A stretch of DNA of 64,000 nucleotides from a virus (lineage: Duplodnaviria > Caudoviricetes): the IMG/VR virus record IMGVR_UViG_3300029288_000149, positions 1-64,000 of that record. One strand, given 5' to 3'. Each line of letters opens with the position of its first letter. Positions within the stretch are counted from its first letter, which is position 1. The notes under the pieces are model-generated. The model searched no databases, had not been told where the DNA came from, and worked only from the letters and a program-made list of their open reading frames with translations. Positions 63,903 to 64,000 of the stretch are shown here, piece by piece. Made by a program: the position numbers and the translations under genes.

Positions 63903-64000
63903 TTATTCATTGATAATATATCCTTCTTGACAATCTGGACAAGGTGTAACAGTAGGATAAAACGTAATGGTATCGTAACCTGGAATGACACCTGTTCCAT
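63903..64000 (-). CDS. 3' end of a small zinc-finger gene entering from beyond the window
   Basis: ...GTGVIPGY...PCPDCQEGYIINE* ends at TAA 63903-05. Confidence 0.45.
   Translation of the reverse strand, partial: GTGVIPGYDTITFYPTVTPCPDCQEGYIINE

Noticed and set aside
1-64000. rRNA, IS/transposase, integrase or att site
   Set aside because: No recognisable sequence or motif for any of them in this window.

Overview
The window is part of a tailed dsDNA phage genome, probably siphovirus-like: it has a tape measure protein and no sheath gene. Most genes are on the minus strand. Modules in coordinate order: lysis and tail fibre (1-3.3 kb); T4/SPO1-style replication and recombination with a DNA-modification cluster (3.4-23 kb: sigma-like factors, 5'-3' exonuclease, RecA, SbcD, SSB, dCTP deaminase, UDG-PolA fusion, DUF1599, aGPT-Pplase1, BGT-like glycosyltransferase, UvrD, primase, DnaB, SF2 helicase); tail and head genes (23-49 kb) with glycosyltransferases inserted after the capsid gene; an accessory region (49-62 kb: thymidylate-synthase-family enzyme, two FkbM methyltransferases, RuvC, tRNAs, DUF932); and the terminase large subunit (62.3-63.8 kb). 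The most striking feature is a ~25-aa Gly/His-rich peptide, consensus phi-x-phi-R-L-K-G-G-x-G-S-G-[HF]-x-G-H-[KR]-G-[RI]-P-G-x-x-G-G-S-L-P. It occurs 12 times in 9 ORFs, each time at the N-terminus of an unrelated cargo domain (ADP-ribosyltransferase-like, GNAT, zeta-like kinase, Cys-His-Asp hydrolase, MuF-like, orphans). I read this as a candidate modular capsid-loading or processing tag system. Two recurrent intergenic DNA motifs and a candidate thymidine-hypermodification pathway are also present. All family assignments come from recognising motifs by eye; no searches were run.
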